Of a stretch of DNA of 64,000 nt, positions 43,958 through 55,895 are shown piece by piece. The translations under genes were made by a program, and so were the position numbers. The DNA comes from Escherichia coli. Its GTDB lineage: Bacteria; Pseudomonadota; Gammaproteobacteria; Enterobacterales; Enterobacteriaceae. The notes under the pieces are model-generated. The model searched no databases. It was not told the origin of the DNA and worked only from the letters and a program-made list of their open reading frames with translations. Positions within the stretch are counted from its first letter, which is position 1; each line of letters starts with the position of its first letter. The stretch lies in NCBI RefSeq assembly GCF_041886205.1, contig NZ_CP169029.1; one strand, given 5' to 3'.

Positions 43958-44273
43958 ATTTGAGCGCCCTGAAGACATCGGTAAGTTGTGACGGCTGACA
44001 GCACATCCGTACTCCACCGGGAAGGAGGAGCGTGACTGGCTCATTCGTGACGGGCTGTGGTACATCAGCATGCAGTGGTGGCGCAATATGAACGGGAAGA
44101 ACGGTCGGTTCATTTGCCCGGCGTTCAGCTTTTGCGACATCCTGCGGCCATTCGCGAAGTGATGTGAAGGGAATATCGTTGAGTTCACAGTATTGCTGAC
44201 GTGTAAGACCACTGGCGCGCCAGGCAGCACGTTGCTGCCTTTTCTGTTCAATGGTCCATCGGGGTTTTGACAT
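43944..44273 (-). CDS. tnpA: IS66-family TnpA
   Basis: 109 aa, MSKPRWTIEQKRQQRAAWRASGLTRQQYCELNDIPFTSLREW... Confidence 0.8.
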   Translation of the reverse strand: MSKPRWTIEQKRQQRAAWRASGLTRQQYCELNDIPFTSLREWPQDVAKAERRANEPTVLPVHIAPPLHADVPQPVTNEPVTLLLPGGVRMCCQPSQLTDVFRALKYAQS

Positions 44274-44357
44274 TGATTATCTCCGGTAAGTTGGTGAATG
44301 AATGTCGGTAATGCTAACTGACTGAAAATCTCTGTGAAGATGACTTCCCCGTAACGA

Positions 44358-45413
44358 CACCTTCTTTATCGCCTGCCGAATGACGCTGTTCAGCGATTCG
44401 ATGGCATTCGTCGTGTAGATGGCCTTGCGGATATCCGGTGGGTAACCGAAGAAGGTGTTGAGATTTTCCCAGTGTGTGCGCCAGCTCTTGCTGATTTGCG
44501 GGTATTTTTTATCCCAGACGCCTGCAAACTTATCCAACGCCATCAACGCAGCTTCCTCTGTCGGGGCCTGATATACCGCTTTCAGCCCGCTGGTGACGGC
44601 TTTGTAATCCTTCCACGACACGAATTTCAGGCTGTTGCGCACCATATGGATGATGCAGAGCTGAATATGCGTCTGCGGGTATACGCTATTTATCGCTTCC
44701 GGGAAGCCTTTCAGGCCGTCCACGCAGGCAATCAGGATGTCCTGAAGGCCACGATTTTTCAGCTCAGTCAGTACACCCAGCCAGAACTTTGCACCTTCAT
44801 TTTCTGCCAGCCACATACCCAGCAGCTCTTTCTGACCGTCGGTATTGATGCCCAGCGCGAGGAACACCGCTTTGTTAATGACACTCCCGCCGTGACGAAC
44901 CTTAACCACAATACAGTCAAGATAAACAATGGGATACAGTGCATCCAACGGTCGGTTTTGCCATTCAGAGACCTGTTCTTTAACCGCATCGGTCACTTTG
45001 GATATCAGCGTGGGCGAGACATCGGCGTCGTACATTTCTTTGAACGTGGCAACGATTTCCCGCGTAGTCATGCCTTTGGCATACAGGGACAAAATCTGGC
45101 TGTCCATCTGGGTGATGCGTGTCTGATGCTTCTTAATTAGTTGCGGTTCGAAGGTATTTTCACGGTCACGCGGCGTGTTAAGTTCGATCTCGCCATCATC
45201 GCACAATACCGTTTTTGACGAGTAGCCATTACGGGTATTAGAGCCTGATTTAGGAGCATTTTTCTCATGACCGAGATGGTCAGTCAGTTCTGCATTGAGC
45301 GCCGTTTCGACGGTAAGCTTTGTCAACATGCGTGAAAACTGGTTGAGGTCGGCTTCGGTTTTAAGGCCTTTGGCCAGTTCAGCCGCAAGAGCTTTAAGTT
45401 TCTTTTCGTCCAT
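44358..45413 (-). pseudogene. IS256-family transposase, 3'-truncated by IS66-family element 4
   Basis: ORF 44277..45413: MDEKKLKALAAELAKGLKTEADLNQF...; the native sequence ends at ...AIKK and the last 25 codons are read from the IS66 terminal repeat. Confidence 0.75.
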
Positions 45414-45718
45414 CGTTTGCCTGTCTCCGTTGTTGGAGTGAACATATCAAAAACAGGCAATTACACAATTTTAATTACAGTCTCTTCGGTTATTAACGAA
45501 ACTCAACAATAGCGCCTGGTTGTGAAACCAGTTTAACCATTTGAAGCTTAAACTCATTTGAAAATGATCTGCGGGGTTTTGCAGATAATGTTTTCTGTTC
45601 CATAACAGGTGTCCACTAGTTTTGAAGGTGGGCACCTACGTTACCAATACTGGCTTAATGTGTATTAGCTCAGACCTGATCTGACAGTTACCGGTTATTT
45701 ATACAGGTATCTGTCAGA

Positions 45719-46759
45719 TTACATCTGGCTTAAATTTTTCTCGACCCAGATGCGTTTTCCATCAAGTAACGTTTCCATTGGCGTCCGCCCATTGCACATT
45801 TTTCCCTGATGGGTTCGCTCATTATTATAGTGAGCCAGCCATTCATCAAGATCCGACTGTAATGTATCAAGATCGCCGTACAGTTTTTTACGGAACGTTA
45901 CCTGATAAAATTCGTTCAGGATTGTTTTATGGAACCGCTCGCAGATGCCGTTGGTCTGCGGGGACATCGCCTTTGTTTTCGTGTGTTCTATATCGTTTAT
46001 TGCCAGATAAAGCTGATAATCATGCTGCTCTACTTTGCCACAGTACTCCGTGCCTCTGTCGGTCAGTATTCTCAGCATCGGCAGGCCCTGAGACGCATAA
46101 AACGGCAGTACACGATCATTCAGTAAGTCAGCTGCGGTAATCGGTGTTTTGGTGACGTAAAGCTTACAGTGAGCCACTTTCGAGTACGTATCAACGAACG
46201 TCTGCTGATAAATACGCCCGACACCTTTCAGGTTGCCTACATAGAACGTGTCCTGCGAACCCAGATATCCAGGATGAGCCGTTTCGATTTCGCCACAGGC
46301 CTCGTCATCACTGGCTTTACGCTCCAGTGCTGCGATCTGGCTGTCAGTTAGCTCAATGCCATCACGGGCTACTTTTTCTTCCAGTGCTTTCAGACGTTTT
46401 TTGAAATTCTCAAGGTTATGGCGTAACAAGACAGAACGGACACCACTGCCGGAGATAAAAACGCCCTGTTTACGCAGCTCGTTGCTGGTCCGGTGCTGAC
46501 CGTGTGCCGGGAAAGCGACGGCGTAATCAACAACAGCCTGTTCAGTTGCCTCATCGGTACGGTTCTTAAGGTTAGGAGCGCGGCGACTACGATTAATCAG
46601 CGCATCCACACCGCCTTCATCGACCAGTTCGCGGTAACGATAAAACGTATCACGCGAAACGCCCATGATTTTACAGACTTTTGATTCGTTGCTGAGTTCT
46701 TCCGCCAGATTGAGCAAACCGGCTTTGTGTTTGATAACGGGATTGGTAGTATGAAGCAT
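45719..46759 (-). CDS. single-ORF DDE (integrase-core) transposase, IS481-family-like
   Basis: ORF 45719..46804; N-terminal HTH (...KVCKIMGVSRDTFYRYRELV...) and integrase-core region (...LTDRGTEYCGK...SPQTNGICERFHKTI...). Confidence 0.6.
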   Translation of the reverse strand: MLHTTNPVIKHKAGLLNLAEELSNESKVCKIMGVSRDTFYRYRELVDEGGVDALINRSRRAPNLKNRTDEATEQAVVDYAVAFPAHGQHRTSNELRKQGVFISGSGVRSVLLRHNLENFKKRLKALEEKVARDGIELTDSQIAALERKASDDEACGEIETAHPGYLGSQDTFYVGNLKGVGRIYQQTFVDTYSKVAHCKLYVTKTPITAADLLNDRVLPFYASQGLPMLRILTDRGTEYCGKVEQHDYQLYLAINDIEHTKTKAMSPQTNGICERFHKTILNEFYQVTFRKKLYGDLDTLQSDLDEWLAHYNNERTHQGKMCNGRTPMETLLDGKRIWVEKNLSQM

Positions 46760-46936
46760 GAGAGTTACCTCGTGTTTTGTATAAGGATTCGACACCCATA
46801 TCAAAACCGGTAACTCTCAACCTTTCAAGGCTCAGTGTTAGCGCCAATGATATAAGACAGTAATTCACCATTTGAATTGTCCGCTCCACCCAACATGTTG
46901 TTTCCTTGAGGTTCTCACACCAGAAAGGACATCAAC

Positions 46937-48906
<1,970 letters not shown>

Positions 48907-48992
48907 TCAAACAGCGGACATTAAAAATGGCGAAACGGTCATAAATCCTGGCGTTGACATCAGTGTCAGATCAAGTCGCGACTAATACACTT

Positions 48993-49024
48993 AATGGCTA
49001 CATACGGCGGTCAGTTTACGCTTA
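48993..49024. repeat. solo copy of the 32-bp IS66-type terminal sequence ATGGCTACATACGGCGGTCAGTTTACGCTTAC
   Basis: Identical to 13959..13990 (the terminus of IS66-family element 1) but flanked by unrelated sequence on both sides. Confidence 0.6.
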
Positions 49025-49317
49025 CGAAAGGACGAACTTTTCTAAGGGCTTTTTTCCTTAAGTGGGGCTTGGATATTCGGAGTGGATTGTATTTAAAACG
49101 AATATCCAAGCAATCAAACTCTAGTCTACAAAACACATAAATTCATGCACGTATCCATCCATGCTGTAGATAATCAGCTGTGATAATAGCAGCCGCTACT
49201 GAAGCAATTGAATGGAAAGCGTCGTCTTTTGTGCGTAACCGGCTCATTTAAACCGTCTGGTCTGTTTCCTCCGGCTCTACAAAAATAATGTCCATCATTT
49301 TTAATGGACACTATCGT

Positions 49318-49536
49318 ATGAAACACCGGACCTGGATCACTGAAGCTTTACGTCTTCACTTTGAAGAACATTTACCCCGGGTTGTGGCCGGGCGTCGCCT
49401 GGGTGTACCAAAATCAACAGTTTGTAGTATGTTCGTGCGCTTTCGGAGAGCTGGCCTTTCGTGGCCTTTGCCCGCAGGCATGTCGGAGCAGGAACTTGAT
49501 GCCTGCCTTTACGGACAATTTTCCACGGTACCAGTC
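49318..49536 (+). pseudogene. possible N-terminal fragment of an IS21-family IstA-like HTH, read in frame with the next tnpA
   Basis: MKHRTWITEALRLHFEEHLPRVVAGRRLGVPKSTVCSMFVRFRRAGLSWPLPAGMSEQELDACL resembles IS21-family IstA N-termini; it lies inside ORF 49288..49965. Confidence 0.35.
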
Positions 49537-49572
49537 GTACGTCCTGAAAGCACCGTTATATCCGAAGCCCCC

Positions 49573-49965
49573 GTGGTAAAAAAACGTCCCCGGCGGCCCA
49601 ACTTCCCTTATGAGTTTAAAATCGCCTTAGTGGAGCAGTCACTGCAGCCCGGAGCCTGTGTGGCGCAGATCGCCCGGGAAAACGGAATCAACGATAACCT
49701 GCTCTTCAACTGGCGCCATCAATACCGGAAAGGTGGCCTGCTGCCTTCCGGAAAAAATATGCCGGCACTGCTTCCCGTGACGTTAACGCCGGAGCCGGAT
49801 AATAAAATCCCGGCCCCCGCACAGGAACCAGAGCAGATAAATACACCGTCCGACAGTCTGTGTTGTGAGCTGGTTCTGCCGGCCGGAACTCTCAGGCTTA
49901 AAGGTAAACTGACGCCGGCGTTATTACAGACACTTATCCGCGAAATAAAAGGGAGCAGCCACTGA
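49573..49965 (+). CDS. tnpA: IS66-family TnpA (GTG start assumed)
   Basis: ...KKRPRRPNFPYEFKIALVEQSLQPGACVAQIARENGINDNLLFNWRHQY...; in-frame GTG at 49573. Confidence 0.65.
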   Translation: MVKKRPRRPNFPYEFKIALVEQSLQPGACVAQIARENGINDNLLFNWRHQYRKGGLLPSGKNMPALLPVTLTPEPDNKIPAPAQEPEQINTPSDSLCCELVLPAGTLRLKGKLTPALLQTLIREIKGSSH

Positions 49966-50312
49966 TGATATCTCTCCCTGCAGGTTCGCGTATCTGGCTG
50001 GTTGCAGGTATCACCGATATGCGAAATGGCTTTAACGGCCTGGCATCAAAAGTTCAGAACGTCCTGAAGGATGACCCGTTCTCCGGACACCTGTTCATCT
50101 TCCGCGGACGCCGGGGTGACCAGATAAAAGTGTTGTGGGCTGACAGTGACGGACTGTGCCTCTTCACCAAACGCCTGGAGCGGGGCCGCTTCGTCTGGCC
50201 AGTCACCCGTGACGGCAAGGTGCACCTTACTCCGGCTCAGTTATCCATGCTTCTTGAAGGTATCAACTGGAAGCACCCGAAACGAACGGAACGCGCTGGA
50301 ATCCGCATATAA
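49965..50312 (+). CDS. tnpB: IS66-family TnpB
   Basis: 115 aa, [31 protein letters not shown]... Confidence 0.85.
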   Translation: MISLPAGSRIWLVAGITDMRNGFNGLASKVQNVLKDDPFSGHLFIFRGRRGDQIKVLWADSDGLCLFTKRLERGRFVWPVTRDGKVHLTPAQLSMLLEGINWKHPKRTERAGIRI

Positions 50313-50331
50313 CCCGTTGTAAAGTGAGGAT

Positions 50332-51903
50332 ATGGACACCTCACTTGCTCATGAGAACGCCCGCCTGCGGGCACTGTTGCAGACGCAACAGGACACCATC
50401 CGCCAGATGGCTGAATACAACCGCCTGCTCTCACAGCGGGTGGCGGCTTATGCTTCCGAAATCAACCGGCTGAAGGCGCTGGTTGCGAAACTGCAACGTA
50501 TGCAGTTCGGTAAAAGCTCAGAAAAACTTCGTGCAAAAACCGAACGGCAGATACAGGAAGCACAGGAGCGAATCAGCGCACTTCAGGAAGAAATGGCGGA
50601 AACGCTGGGTGAGCAATATGACCCGGTACTGCCATCCGCCCTGCGCCAGTCTTCAGCCCGTAAACCGTTACCGGCCTCACTTCCCCGTGAAACCCGGGTT
50701 ATCCGGCCGGAAGAGGAATGCTGTCCTGCCTGTGGTGGTGAACTCAGTTCTCTGGGATGTGATGTGTCAGAGCAACTGGAGCTTATCAGCAGCGCCTTTA
50801 AGGTTATCGAAACACAACGTCCGAAACAGGCCTGTTGCCGGTGCGACCATATCGTGCAGGCACCAGTACCTTCAAAACCCATTGCACGCAGTTATGCCGG
50901 AGCGGGGCTTCTGGCCCATGTTGTCACCGGGAAATATGCAGACCATCTGCCGTTATACCGCCAGTCAGAAATATACCGTCGTCAGGGAGTGGAGCTGAGC
51001 CGTGCCACACTGGGGCGCTGGACAGGTGCTGTTGCTGAACTGCTGGAGCCGCTGTATGACGTCCTGCGCCAGTATGTGCTGATGCCCGGTAAAGTCCATG
51101 CTGATGATATCCCCGTCCCGGTCCAGGAGCCGGGCAGCGGTAAAACCCGGACAGCCCGGCTGTGGGTCTACGTCCGTGATGACCGTAACGCCGGTTCACA
51201 GATGCCCCCGGCGGTCTGGTTCGCGTACAGTCCGGACCGGAAAGGTATCCATCCACAAAATCACCTGGCCGGTTACAGCGGTGTGCTTCAGGCCGATGCT
51301 TACGGTGGTTACCGGGCGTTATACGAATCCGGCAGAATAACGGAAGCCGCGTGTATGGCTCATGCCCGGAGAAAAATCCACGATGTGCATGCAAGAGCGT
51401 CCACCTACATCACCACGGAAGCCCTGCAGCGTATCGGTGAACTGTATGCCATCGAGGCAGAGGTCCGGGGCTGTTCAGCAGAACAGCGTCTGGCGGCAAG
51501 AAAAGCCAGAGCCGCGCCACTGATGCAGTCACTGTATGACTGGATACAGCAACAGATGAAAACACTGTCGCGTCACTCAGATACGGCAAAAGCGTTCGCA
51601 TACCTGCTGAAACAGTGGGATGCACTGAACGTGTACTGCAGTAATGGCTGGGTGGAAATCGACAACAACATCGCAGAGAACGCCTTACGGGGAGTGGCCG
51701 TAGGCCGGAAAAACTGGATGTTCGCGGGTTCCGACAGCGGTGGTGAACATGCGGCGGTGTTGTACTCGCTGATCGGCACATGCCGTCTGAACAATGTGGA
51801 GCCAGAAAAGTGGCTGCGTTACGTCATTGAACATATCCAGGACTGGCCGGCAAACCGGGTACGCGATCTGTTGCCCTGGAAAGTTGATCTGAGCTCTCAG
51901 TAA
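50332..51903 (+). CDS. tnpC: IS66-family TnpC transposase (523 aa)
   Basis: Full length with CPACGGEL motif and conserved C-terminal ...[28 protein letters not shown]... Confidence 0.85.
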   Translation: MDTSLAHENARLRALLQTQQDTIRQMAEYNRLLSQRVAAYASEINRLKALVAKLQRMQFGKSSEKLRAKTERQIQEAQERISALQEEMAETLGEQYDPVLPSALRQSSARKPLPASLPRETRVIRPEEECCPACGGELSSLGCDVSEQLELISSAFKVIETQRPKQACCRCDHIVQAPVPSKPIARSYAGAGLLAHVVTGKYADHLPLYRQSEIYRRQGVELSRATLGRWTGAVAELLEPLYDVLRQYVLMPGKVHADDIPVPVQEPGSGKTRTARLWVYVRDDRNAGSQMPPAVWFAYSPDRKGIHPQNHLAGYSGVLQADAYGGYRALYESGRITEAACMAHARRKIHDVHARASTYITTEALQRIGELYAIEAEVRGCSAEQRLAARKARAAPLMQSLYDWIQQQMKTLSRHSDTAKAFAYLLKQWDALNVYCSNGWVEIDNNIAENALRGVAVGRKNWMFAGSDSGGEHAAVLYSLIGTCRLNNVEPEKWLRYVIEHIQDWPANRVRDLLPWKVDLSSQ

Positions 51904-51906
51904 ATA

Positions 51907-53367
51907 TCAATACGGTTCTGACGAGTCGCTTACTTTTGTGCTGTCGCCAAAATCACTAATCCCTCTCACAATAAGCGCTGGAACTCCCTGCTTTTCGCAG
52001 GCATCAAATACCCCATAGGCTTCCATTTCGGCAACACAGGCTTTGTCATGAAGCGACCTGAAACGTTCTAGTAAAGCAGGATCGCGGATAAGAAGCTCTC
52101 CTGATGCGATAGTGGCTGAAGAAACAATTATCCCAGCAGCTACGTCTCCAGCCTGCGAATTTTCAGGCATTTCGAGTCCTATAGCCTGTGCCCGTTCGCC
52201 AAGACGTGCGGATAGTGACGTTGTTGCAAGGTAAGTATTGAGGTTTTGTTTAGTTGGCATATGGAGACATAATATTTCAGGTCGAGGAGCAAACTTCCCA
52301 CCTTCTAATGCGGCTGCACTTTCATAATAAATGACACGCTCAGAAATAATGACTTCACCTAGCACCATTTTTTCTCTCAACCCCGCCGCAATCCCCATCA
52401 TCAAGACTTTTTGGGGTTTGAATTCCGACAACAACATGGTAGTAATAGCTGAAGCATTCACATTTCCAGCACTAGCGAAAGACGCCACTATGCCAGTTAC
52501 TGGGCCATCTGAGCGTTGTATGGATGTGGACCAGAAATGTATTCCATTTGATGTGAGCCGCGGAGATTCATCATCAGCTATGCCAAATACTTTCTTGGCT
52601 GCAGCAAGTTCAACTGGTAGAGCTGTCAAAATCAACACATTTGGAGTATGCAGCAACTGTTGTGCAGCCCATTCAGCTTTAAGCAATTCAACTGCGATTT
52701 CTGAAAGTCGTTCCAGTCCATAGTAAGGTTCCTGTAACGATAAAGTGTCGAGCTGATTTTTTACGGCTTCACCGGTGCAAGGGAACATAGACAGCGGCTC
52801 TGCATAAAAACGTGCATGTAGGCCTAAAGCACCTTTTCCGTCATCGCAAATTCCCCCAAGCTCCAAGTCAAACGGTAATATGGGGTGGTTGGCTTTACGC
52901 ATTTTACTCGCACGATCGGAAACGCCTTTTCCTCCACCTAATGCAATCATGGCTGTGGCAGCATCAACCTGCTCGCTTCCAATATTTCCTCCAGTAATGA
53001 GATCATCATCTAGATAGCTGACATCAGCAAATCTAGCTGCCTGAAGTTTACGAATAAGCATCCGATTCTCTTCAGACATTTTCTCCCGCATTGCAGAACG
53101 CGACGTGACGATCTTGAGTTGGTGGGCTGGCGTATAATTCTCCATTAAATCTACAGCTTCTTTTACTATCGTCCAGTCGAAGGTCAGGAGATCCCCATTT
53201 TCATTAACAGGTTCTCCTGCCAAATAGACAACTAGTCCCACATTTGCATCAAGGATGCTCTTCGTCAATGCTCGAACGAAACTATGTGCTCGATCAATAT
53301 AAAGTTTTTCTGTATTTTTGGATATACTTCCAGCGATCAGAACATACTCATTATTAGTATTTGTCAT
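51907..53367 (-). CDS. two-domain defence-effector candidate: N-terminal Rossmann-like putative ligand-sensing domain (SLOG-like?) fused to a C-terminal nucleoside-phosphorylase (PNP/MTA-nucleosidase) domain; the 3' end is replaced by IS66 terminal sequence
   Basis: ORF 51907..53382, ATG at 53367. C-terminal half ...KVLMMGIAAGL...GEVIISERVIYYES...CVAEMEAYGVFDACEKQGVPALIVRGISDFGDSTK is phosphorylase-like; N-terminal half has ...YVLIAGSIS...VGLVVYLAG...IALGGGKGV... The last 8 codons (VSDSSEPY) are read from the reverse complement of the IS66-5 terminal repeat. Confidence 0.6.
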   Translation of the reverse strand: MTNTNNEYVLIAGSISKNTEKLYIDRAHSFVRALTKSILDANVGLVVYLAGEPVNENGDLLTFDWTIVKEAVDLMENYTPAHQLKIVTSRSAMREKMSEENRMLIRKLQAARFADVSYLDDDLITGGNIGSEQVDAATAMIALGGGKGVSDRASKMRKANHPILPFDLELGGICDDGKGALGLHARFYAEPLSMFPCTGEAVKNQLDTLSLQEPYYGLERLSEIAVELLKAEWAAQQLLHTPNVLILTALPVELAAAKKVFGIADDESPRLTSNGIHFWSTSIQRSDGPVTGIVASFASAGNVNASAITTMLLSEFKPQKVLMMGIAAGLREKMVLGEVIISERVIYYESAAALEGGKFAPRPEILCLHMPTKQNLNTYLATTSLSARLGERAQAIGLEMPENSQAGDVAAGIIVSSATIASGELLIRDPALLERFRSLHDKACVAEMEAYGVFDACEKQGVPALIVRGISDFGDSTKVSDSSEPY

Positions 53368-53396
53368 CACAATTCTTCCCAAAGGAGTATTACTTG

Positions 53397-54296
53397 TTAC
53401 TGTTTAAGTAAGGCATAGATTTCATCCTTGTTTTTTAATGCTAACTGTAATGCTTCCGGCGCCTGATGTGACTGAGTCTCTGTAAGATTTAACTGGAAAA
53501 GAAGGTAGTGCAGCAAAGCTTGTCGGCATTCCAGATGGATTTCTCCGTCGATCATTGCATAATCTCTCTCAATAAGGTTTCGTTGAGCAAGGCATAGTCC
53601 AGGATGCGCTATAAGAATAATTTTGATGAATGTATTCCACGCTAAATCACCATTAGCCCTCTCTTCATCGGGTCCGGCGTTTTGTGCCTGCACTATTCGC
53701 GACAATAAAAAGTCCCTATATTCACCACGTTTATGACACCATGCTCTTGTGTGCCAGCGATAACCATCATGGACTAATGAATGAGGAGTCAAGGTTCGTT
53801 TACTGCCTTGAGGGTCACTCATGGATTGATAAATAACATGAACAGCCTCATTTTCACGTATAGCTCGTAATATTTGACTTACGACATCAGTGTCCAGTCT
53901 ACGTAACAGTCGTGGAACCGCTGCAACGGGTGAGCGCCAGCCCAGAAAGCTTCCAAAATGAATTTCAGGTTGTATTGCCACTCGCAGCAAATCATTCAGA
54001 TAACATTCCAGAGAGCTGGTCATATAAACTGGCTGAAACAATTTCGTTGAACGGTAAACTCGGGAACTCATATCGTACTCAAGATTATCGGGGGCTAACT
54101 TAGTATATTCACTAAGATCCAGCGAAGCTTGAGGTACTGATATGCCGAAAAAATCAGTGAGGCTGCTACGATTGATTTGCCCATCCCATCGAAGTCGATA
54201 ATCAATAAATTCAAGCCGACGCTCTTGGCCCCATCTCGCACCTTGCCGTCCTTTTTGGCTGTCTTGCTTATCCCCTTCTCTAAAGTTATCTGGCAT
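53397..54296 (-). CDS. WYL-domain transcriptional regulator (CapW/BrxR-like)
   Basis: 299 aa; WYL-type core ...DGYRWHTRAWCHKRGEYRDFLLSRIV...; stop is 29 nt upstream of the phosphorylase-gene start; divergent from the CBASS operon. Confidence 0.65.
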   Translation of the reverse strand: MPDNFREGDKQDSQKGRQGARWGQERRLEFIDYRLRWDGQINRSSLTDFFGISVPQASLDLSEYTKLAPDNLEYDMSSRVYRSTKLFQPVYMTSSLECYLNDLLRVAIQPEIHFGSFLGWRSPVAAVPRLLRRLDTDVVSQILRAIRENEAVHVIYQSMSDPQGSKRTLTPHSLVHDGYRWHTRAWCHKRGEYRDFLLSRIVQAQNAGPDEERANGDLAWNTFIKIILIAHPGLCLAQRNLIERDYAMIDGEIHLECRQALLHYLLFQLNLTETQSHQAPEALQLALKNKDEIYALLKQ

Positions 54297-54395
54297 CTTA
54301 GTTCCCGGTAGCGTATAAAAAATATCTCAATATAAAAAGTAGACGCAGAATAAAAACTGAACGTATAATAATGCTACGCTATAGGGCGGTAAGGT

Positions 54396-54433
54396 GCAAC
54401 CATCACCTCAGTCACTTCTGAGGTGATGGTTGC
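54396..54433. promoter_or_regulatory. perfect 16-bp inverted repeat with 6-bp spacer (GCAACCATCACCTCAG-TCACTT-CTGAGGTGATGGTTGC); candidate operator in the divergent promoter region
   Basis: Lies between the WYL gene start (54296) and the nucleotidyltransferase start (54466), 32 bp upstream of the latter. Confidence 0.5.
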
Positions 54434-54465
54434 AGTTTTCATGAATGATCTTCGGAAGGATGTGA

Positions 54466-55410
54466 ATGCCACTCACTAATACTCAGATCCGATACTACGA
54501 CAGCAATGTACTGCGTTTGCCTAAGGATAAGCGTGAAACCTACAATGCCCAAGTAGATCGGCTTATTACAGCGTTACGTAAAAAACTGAAAGATCAGGAT
54601 AAAATAACAATAAAACGTGTCGTTAAAGCTGGTTCGTTTGCTAAACACACTATTCTACGCAAAACCTCAGACAGTCAGGTCGATGTGGATGTTGTGTTTT
54701 ACGTTAGTGGAGAGAAAGTTGCTGAGGAAACCTTCGCAAGCCTGAGCGAAAAAATTTACGAAGCCTTACTTAAAATGTATCCCAACAAAGCTGTAGAAGA
54801 TTTCGAGATTCAACGTAAGGCTGCTACTGTTTCTTTTGTCGGGACTGGATTAGATGTTGATATTGTTCCCGTCATCGAAAATCCGGACAAAGAAGGCTAT
54901 GGATGGCAGTTTGACCGTATCGATGGTTCGAAGACAGAGACTTGTGCTCCTTGCCAGATCAAATTTGTGAAAGATCGCAAAGACCAAGACCCGGACTTTC
55001 GTACTTTAGTACGCTTAGCTAAACGTTGGCGTACCAACATGGAATGCCCACTTAAGTCATTTCATATAGAACTAATCATGGCTCATGTACTAGAAGTCAA
55101 TGGAAAAGATGGTTCGTTGGAGAAGCGATTTCGGGATTTTCTACTGTACATTGCTGAATCAGGATTAAAAGAAGTTATCACCTTCCCTGAAAATAGCACT
55201 ATACCAGCATTTTCCCATCCAGTTGTCATACTGGATCCTGTTTGCGATACGAACAACGTTACCAGCCGTATTACCGAGGATGAGCGAAAAGAGATCGTCC
55301 GGATTGCTGAGGAAAGTTGGGCGACGGCAAATTTTGCGTCGGTAGAAGGAGACTATGATATCTGGAAGGAGCTGTTTGGTCGTTCATTTAAAGTGGAGGA
55401 TACAGCATGA
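54466..55410 (+). CDS. cGAS/DncV-like nucleotidyltransferase (CBASS CD-NTase), 314 aa
   Basis: GGAAGGA RBS; nucleotidyltransferase signature ...VKAGSFAKHTILRKTSDSQVDVDVVFYV... (GS motif and acidic DVD); first gene of a four-to-five-gene operon. Confidence 0.7.
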   Translation: MPLTNTQIRYYDSNVLRLPKDKRETYNAQVDRLITALRKKLKDQDKITIKRVVKAGSFAKHTILRKTSDSQVDVDVVFYVSGEKVAEETFASLSEKIYEALLKMYPNKAVEDFEIQRKAATVSFVGTGLDVDIVPVIENPDKEGYGWQFDRIDGSKTETCAPCQIKFVKDRKDQDPDFRTLVRLAKRWRTNMECPLKSFHIELIMAHVLEVNGKDGSLEKRFRDFLLYIAESGLKEVITFPENSTIPAFSHPVVILDPVCDTNNVTSRITEDERKEIVRIAEESWATANFASVEGDYDIWKELFGRSFKVEDTA

Positions 55411-55895
55411 GTTACTCCTCAACTGAAACATCGACTTATACCACAACAGACGTTGAAGCAGTCATGCGACGCATCACAGCTGACTTAGTGATGATTGCCG
55501 CCAGTACCGGTGCGATAACTGAATCAAAAGCACGTGAGTATGCTCACGATATAGAACTCTTAGCAAAAAATGGATATCTGGATTACGTCGATGTGACCCT
55601 TATAAGCAATGGCGTTGAACAGAAAGCAACCCGGTTTCATGTGAATGAGTCCGGAGAATTGGCAAATGACAGACCTGGAGACGCTCGTTGGCCGAGAATT
55701 CAGGGGGCTTATCTGCGGATTGTTGTGAACAACCGGAGTACCTACGATCAGGCTGCGAGGCAAAAGCTTTCAGGTAAGATGAAAATATCGTGGTCGCCAT
55801 GTAGTGATGACATCAGTCATTCAGGTTTGACCCAAAGTGGTGGTCGTGAATATTCCAGCAATGGTTATGGTATGCAACGTAAGGATTACAATTAA
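55407..55895 (+). CDS. small CBASS accessory protein, HORMA-like by position (162 aa)
   Basis: ATGA overlap with the nucleotidyltransferase gene; size and position between CD-NTase and AAA+ ATPase match Cap7-type HORMA proteins; no motif can be verified by eye. Confidence 0.45.
   Translation: MSYSSTETSTYTTTDVEAVMRRITADLVMIAASTGAITESKAREYAHDIELLAKNGYLDYVDVTLISNGVEQKATRFHVNESGELANDRPGDARWPRIQGAYLRIVVNNRSTYDQAARQKLSGKMKISWSPCSDDISHSGLTQSGGREYSSNGYGMQRKDYN

Larger units (their letters stand above)
41595..44357 (-). mobile_element. IS66-family element 4 (distinct member), about 2.76 kb, apparently complete, no target-site duplication seen
   Basis: Ends GTAAGCTTCCGGGGAACTCAT (41595) and ATGACTTCCCCGTAAC (44339-44354), imperfect inverted repeats; tnpA, tnpB and tnpC on the minus strand. 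Confidence 0.7.
49540..51933 (+). mobile_element. IS66-family element 5 (third distinct member); right end ...GACGAGTCGCTTAC at 51933, left boundary uncertain
   Basis: tnpA, tnpB and tnpC are complete; the left end may be the imperfect GTACGTCCTGAAAGCACCGTTATATCC near 49540. Confidence 0.65.
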
